A DNA stretch of 64,000 bases from Blastocatellia bacterium (lineage in GTDB: Bacteria; Acidobacteriota; Blastocatellia; HR10; J050). The position numbers were made by a program, and so were the translations under genes. The stretch lies in assembly GCA_026985075.1 (NCBI GenBank), contig JALSQX010000053.1, forward strand, positions 92,773-156,772. Reading direction: 5' to 3'. The notes under the pieces are model-generated. The model did not search any database. It had not been told where the DNA came from and saw nothing but the letters and a program-made list of their open reading frames with translations. Position 1 is the stretch's first letter. Every line of letters starts with the position of its first letter. Below, in pieces: positions 60,763-64,000 of this stretch.

Positions 60763-61545
60763 TCACTTTCCCTGAAAGCGAGCCTTCCTCTTCTCCAAGA
60801 AAGCCCGCATGCCCTCGCGCATATCCTCGGTCGTACAGCACAAGCCGAACAGCGTCGCCTCATACGGCATGGCCTCATCCTGAGGCATCTCCATCCCGTG
60901 ATGGACGGCCTCCATGGCGAAGCGAACGGCCAGCGGCGCATTGGCCATGATCTGCCGGGCGATTCTCTCTGCTGTCGGCATCAGCTCCTCTGGCGACGTG
61001 ACATGATTGACCAGACCGATGCGATGAGCTTCCTCGGCCGAGATCATCTCTCCGGTCAGAATCAATTCCATCGCCCGTCCTTTCCCCACCAGGCGAGGTA
61101 ACCGCTGCGTCCCGCCATATCCGGGGATGATGCCGAGCTTCACCTCGGGCTGTCCCAGCTTGGCGTTCTCCGAAGCGATACGCAGCGTGCAGGCCATCGC
61201 CAATTCGCATCCACCGCCCAAGGCATATCCGTTAATCGCCGCGATGACCGGTTTACCCAATCGCTCGATGAGATTCAAGACGTCCTGTCCATACTGAGAA
61301 CGAGTCTTGCCTTCGACCGGCGTTTGCACCGACAGTTCGTGAATATCGGCACCGGCGACGAAGGCCTTCTCGCCCGCTCCCGTCAAGATGACGACCTTCA
61401 CCTCATCGTCGTCGGCGATGCGGGTGAACACCTGGCGGAGTTCCCTCATCACTCGATCATTCAACGCATTGAGCTTGTCCGGACGATTGATGGTCACGTA
61501 TCCGATGCCTTCGCGCTTCTCAAAGAGCACGTATTCGTCGCTCAT
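60763..61545 (-). CDS. Enoyl-CoA hydratase (crotonase family)
   Basis: Oxyanion-hole segments VILTGAGEKAFVAGADI and AINGYALGGGCELAMA. Confidence 0.85.
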   Translation of the reverse strand: MSDEYVLFEKREGIGYVTINRPDKLNALNDRVMRELRQVFTRIADDDEVKVVILTGAGEKAFVAGADIHELSVQTPVEGKTRSQYGQDVLNLIERLGKPVIAAINGYALGGGCELAMACTLRIASENAKLGQPEVKLGIIPGYGGTQRLPRLVGKGRAMELILTGEMISAEEAHRIGLVNHVTSPEELMPTAERIARQIMANAPLAVRFAMEAVHHGMEMPQDEAMPYEATLFGLCCTTEDMREGMRAFLEKRKARFQGK

Positions 61546-61622
61546 AGGTCCTCCTCCACAACGGTCACCTTGTAATGAGTCCCGGTCTCCCTCCGGGCTC
61601 CCGGTTTCCGCGCGCCCGGCAT

Positions 61623-62513
61623 TTAAACGAGGTTCATCGGTTTCGGGTTCTCGGGATCGCTGTAATCATAAAATCCCTTCCCCGTCTTCCGCCCATAGAG
61701 TCCGGCCAGGACCATCCGCTTCAACAAGGGGGGCGGAGCGAAACGCTTCTCTTTGAACTCATCGAACATGATATTGGCGATGTAGTACGTGGTATCGAGC
61801 CCCACGAAGTCGAGCAAGGTGAACGGACCCATGGGATGACCGCAACCGAGCTTCATGCCGTTATCGATATCCACGATCGATCCCACCCCCTCTTCCAATG
61901 CCCGGATGGCATCGAGCAAATAGGGGACCAGCAGGCGGTTGACGATGAACCCGGTGCGATCGCTCGTCTGCACCGGCACCTTGCCTAACCGACGCGCAAA
62001 GTCGGTCACCGTCTCAAAGACGGCCTCATCGGTCAAGATGGTTCGCACGACCTCGACGAGCTTCATGAGTGGGACGGGATTGAAAAAGTGCAGTCCCACG
62101 AACCGTGGCTGACGCGCCGGCTTGGTGCTGGCCATCATTTCGGTGATGGAGAGCGAGGAGGTATTGCTGGCGAAGATCGTCTCCGGAGAACAGATCTCAT
62201 CGAGCTGGGCATAGGTTTTCAATTTCTCTTGTAAGTTTTCGATGATAGCTTCGATGACAATATCACAGTCGGCGAACGCGTCCAGCTCGGTCGTTCCCCG
62301 CAAGCGCCCCTGGATCTCCTCCTTCTGCTCGGGCGTCAGTTTTCCTTTCTGCACGAATTTGGAGAGCGATTGATCGATGCGCGCCAAGCCTTTTTGCAGG
62401 AGTTCGTCACTGATCTCGCGAACCACCGTCTCGCATCCGGCTGTGGCGGCCACCTGGGCGATGCCCGACCCCATCAGGCCACAACCGACAACGCCTACTT
62501 TCTTGATCTCCAT
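61623..62513 (-). CDS. 3-hydroxyacyl-CoA (3-hydroxybutyryl-CoA) dehydrogenase
   Basis: NAD motif KVGVVGCGLMGSGIAQV and the HFFNPVP signature. ATG 62513 is preceded by GGAGG. Confidence 0.85.
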   Translation of the reverse strand: MEIKKVGVVGCGLMGSGIAQVAATAGCETVVREISDELLQKGLARIDQSLSKFVQKGKLTPEQKEEIQGRLRGTTELDAFADCDIVIEAIIENLQEKLKTYAQLDEICSPETIFASNTSSLSITEMMASTKPARQPRFVGLHFFNPVPLMKLVEVVRTILTDEAVFETVTDFARRLGKVPVQTSDRTGFIVNRLLVPYLLDAIRALEEGVGSIVDIDNGMKLGCGHPMGPFTLLDFVGLDTTYYIANIMFDEFKEKRFAPPPLLKRMVLAGLYGRKTGKGFYDYSDPENPKPMNLV

Positions 62514-62634
62514 AAGAACACCTCCTTCACCATTGAGAAACGTGTGAGGACGACAACCGTCCTCTCCCATGAAGCTGATTTCCGATTCACCGGATCAGCG
62601 CGTTCATCATGAGACAGACGCTCGCTATCTCTGA

Positions 62635-63819
62635 TCACGAAAATGCTTCTACGATCATCGCAATTCCCTGACCGCCCCCAATGCAGGCAGTGGCCAGCCC
62701 ATACGTCTTGCGCCGCCGCCGCAATTCCAGCAGCAGTGTGAGCACCAATCGCGTGCCGGTCGCACCCAATGGATGACCGAGGGCTATGGCTCCTCCATTG
62801 ACATTGGTTCGCTGGCGATCGAGGCCCAATTCTCTCTCCACGGCCAGGTACTGGGCCGCAAACGCCTCGTTGACCTCGATGAGATCCATATCATCGAGGG
62901 TGAGACCGGCTCGCTTCAGCGCCAGGCGCGTGGCCGGCACCGGCCCGATCCCCATGATCTCCGGTTCGACGGCCGCGACGCCCCAAGAGACGATGCGGCC
63001 GAGCGGTTGGGCCCCGCGCCTCTCGGCCACTTTCTCGTGAGCGATGACCAGAGCGGCGCCTCCATCGACGATCCCGGAGGCATTGCCCGCCGTGACCGTC
63101 CCATCTTCGGAGAAGGCGGGCTTCAACCTGGCCAGCGCCTCCAACGTCGTATCAGGCCGCATGTGATCGTCCTCATCGAAAAGCTCCTTCCCCTTCTTCG
63201 TCGTGATTTCCACCGGCACGATCTCTTCGGCGAATCGGCCGGCAACACGAGCGGCGGCAGCCCGCTGCTGGCTGAGCAGAGCGAATTGGTCCTGCTCCTC
63301 GCGACTGATCTCATATCGCCGCGCCAGATTCTCTGCCGTTTGTGCCATATAATAGCCGCAATATTCGTCCTTCAACGCTGCCAGGAGCGCATCTTCCAGG
63401 GGAGCGTTCCCCAATCGCCATCCCCACCGCACGCCGCGAATGACGTGCGGCGCTTGAGACATCGATTCCATCCCTCCAGCGAGCACGACTTCGGCCTCGC
63501 CGAGCATGATCATGTGAGCGCCACTGATGATGGATTGTATGCCCGAGCCACATAATCGATTCACGACGAGCGCCGGTCGGTCGACGGGGATGCCAGCTTG
63601 AAGGCCAACATGACGGGCACTATAGATGGCGTTGCTTGATGCTTGAATGACATTACCCATGACTACGTGGTCGATGTCTTCCGGCGCGACTCCGGCGCGC
63701 TCCATGGCCGCGCGGGCGGCGATGGTACCCAGTTCGATCTCAGTGAACTCGCGAAGCTTGCCGGCATACTCTCCCATCGGCGTTCGCGCTCCGCCCAAGA
63801 AGACGATTCCTGGTGTCAT
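62635..63819 (-). CDS. Acetyl-CoA C-acetyltransferase (thiolase II)
   Basis: Cys-acyl site [11 protein letters not shown]-terminal His/Cys motifs ([17 protein letters not shown]; CIGGGQG). Confidence 0.9.
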   Translation of the reverse strand: MTPGIVFLGGARTPMGEYAGKLREFTEIELGTIAARAAMERAGVAPEDIDHVVMGNVIQASSNAIYSARHVGLQAGIPVDRPALVVNRLCGSGIQSIISGAHMIMLGEAEVVLAGGMESMSQAPHVIRGVRWGWRLGNAPLEDALLAALKDEYCGYYMAQTAENLARRYEISREEQDQFALLSQQRAAAARVAGRFAEEIVPVEITTKKGKELFDEDDHMRPDTTLEALARLKPAFSEDGTVTAGNASGIVDGGAALVIAHEKVAERRGAQPLGRIVSWGVAAVEPEIMGIGPVPATRLALKRAGLTLDDMDLIEVNEAFAAQYLAVERELGLDRQRTNVNGGAIALGHPLGATGTRLVLTLLLELRRRRKTYGLATACIGGGQGIAMIVEAFS

Positions 63820-64000
63820 TGGTGACCCCCTTCGTCATCGAATGAGATAACAAGTTATCGTACTCGCTCGCCTTGAGCAAGCCCGCTCTCAACGTCCGAA
63901 GTCTTCTCGCCCGGGATCGGACCCCGGCCAGGAAGCGCCCACCCGACGTTGCTCGCCGCCAGCCACCACCGAGTGGAGACGCCGGCCGATGAGGACGGGG

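Overview
This 64 kb window is a high-GC (about 62% in sampled blocks), gene-dense bacterial chromosomal segment. Genes are tightly packed on both strands with frequent 4-nt ATGA start/stop overlaps. No rRNA, tRNA or CRISPR array was found. The organism looks diderm, judged from a C-terminal-Phe beta-barrel porin, Tat and lipoprotein signals, and an S41 protease.

Core and housekeeping content:
- Pyruvate dehydrogenase complex aceE-aceF-lpd, a small-type citrate synthase, and glutamate dehydrogenase.
- tsaD, mtnA, clpX (no adjacent clpP), nusB, trmI.
- Split nitrilase plus NadE genes, a thiolase/Hbd/crotonase cluster, an OPT peptide transporter, a ClC channel, and a Ca2+/H+ antiporter.

Most interesting loci:
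1. Dlt-like operon at 2010-7385. A minus-strand, translationally coupled operon encodes an LtaS-like sulfatase-family transferase, an AMP-dependent ligase, a small acyl/peptidyl carrier protein, and an MBOAT-like membrane protein. The canonical MBOAT WHxSL motif is replaced by FYYYF. This resembles DltA/DltC/DltB-type carrier-protein-dependent acylation of a surface polymer, paired with a polymer synthase. It is unusual in a high-GC, apparently diderm genome.
2. Low-GC island at about 54.1-56.0 kb. GC falls to about 30-48%. The island carries a decaying gene with an in-frame amber codon and a T7 frameshift, plus a vapBC toxin-antitoxin pair.
3. An orphan PqqD-like RiPP-recognition-element protein directly after the OPT transporter.
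4. A Tat-exported HisC-like aminotransferase coupled to a BNR/sialidase-like lipoprotein.
5. A Crp-family regulator, cytochrome c, small Cys/His protein, transglutaminase-like protein and coiled-coil porin neighbourhood.

Many long antisense or alternate-frame ORFs in the six-frame track are GC-driven artefacts and were rejected. Several track ORFs begin at TTG/GTG codons; downstream ATG starts with a Shine-Dalgarno-like motif were preferred where visible.
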